Shown here piece by piece: positions 63,950 through 64,000 of a DNA stretch of 64,000 bases; position 1 is the first letter of the stretch; each line of letters opens with the position of its first letter. The DNA lies in the NCBI GenBank assembly GCA_029571225.1, contig JAKPTF010000013.1, positions 16,344-80,343 on the forward strand, given 5' to 3'. The position numbers were made by a program, and so were the translations under genes. The notes beneath the pieces were generated by a model, which saw only the letters and a program-made list of their open reading frames with translations, ran no database searches and was not told where the DNA came from. This DNA is from Candidatus Omnitrophota bacterium. Its GTDB lineage: Bacteria; Omnitrophota; Gorgyraeia; Gygaellales; Profunditerraquicolaceae.

Positions 63950-64000
63950 ATGACTAAGCCCAATGTGATATTTATCGTGCTTGACCAGTTACGACCGGAC
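63950..64000 (+). CDS. Sulfatase-family protein, N-terminal 17 codons only (cut by window end)
   Basis: MTKPNVIFIVLDQLRPD is the typical sulfatase N-terminal strand with a metal-binding Asp. Confidence 0.5.
   Translation, partial: MTKPNVIFIVLDQLRPD

Noticed and set aside
1-64000. A search for CRISPR arrays, integrases, transposases, phage genes, tRNA/rRNA genes and classical defence-system genes.
   Set aside because: None were found by reading both strands. There are no direct-repeat arrays, no recombinase or nuclease motifs and no tRNA-like sequences in any spacer.

Overview
The window is a densely packed chromosomal segment, about 95% coding. All ~70 supportable CDS lie on the + strand, and many are joined by 1-30 nt overlaps such as ATGA junctions. 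LptD and a PilQ-type secretin indicate a diderm bacterium. DUF5674, a SemiSWEET and PVC/candidate-phylum style pilins suggest an uncultivated lineage, but taxonomy cannot be fixed without a database search. I saw no rRNA, tRNA, CRISPR array, transposase or integrase.

Gene map:
- 1-10.7 kb: TPR membrane protein, NhaP2-type antiporter, FMN reductase, a SAM methyltransferase broken by an in-frame TAG, a ClC channel, miaB, a SPOR protein, miaA and hflX.
- 10.8-18.5 kb: a co-linear heat-shock block, hspR-like, CIRCE, clpB, hrcA, grpE, dnaK, dnaJ and an FmdB zinc ribbon.
- 18.5-24.8 kb: VanZ, DUF1015, accD, ROK kinase, fsa/tal and lptD.
- 24.8-37.4 kb: a large type IV filament locus. It holds pilA with its own promoters and terminator, 10 further pilin-like genes in two blocks, and pilMNOPQ. 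No ATPase, platform or peptidase gene is present.
- 37.5-50.7 kb: housekeeping genes, namely a DUF2344 mini-protein, rng, rplU, obg, proBA, nadD, rpe, a PGM/PMM, plsC, ispH, rpsA, tyrS and a DUF5674 pair.
- 50.7-64 kb: a surface-glycan and phosphonate region. It holds manC, ugd, uxs, a G-x-W repeat protein, a SemiSWEET, a C1 peptidase, an alkaline-phosphatase-family protein, a PEP mutase-nucleotidyltransferase fusion, a split phosphonopyruvate decarboxylase, a second nucleotidyltransferase, a DMT transporter, a radical SAM/SPASM protein and the start of a sulfatase.

The best candidates for something undescribed are:
- the phosphonate locus, which has no visible aminotransferase or dehydrogenase step but carries AP-superfamily and rSAM partners;
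- the double minor-pilin type IV filament locus with PilX_N-anchored beta-helix-like proteins;
- the dual-repressor heat-shock block with CIRCE placed in front of clpB.

All calls rest on hand reading of motifs in the supplied translations and sequence. No searches were run.
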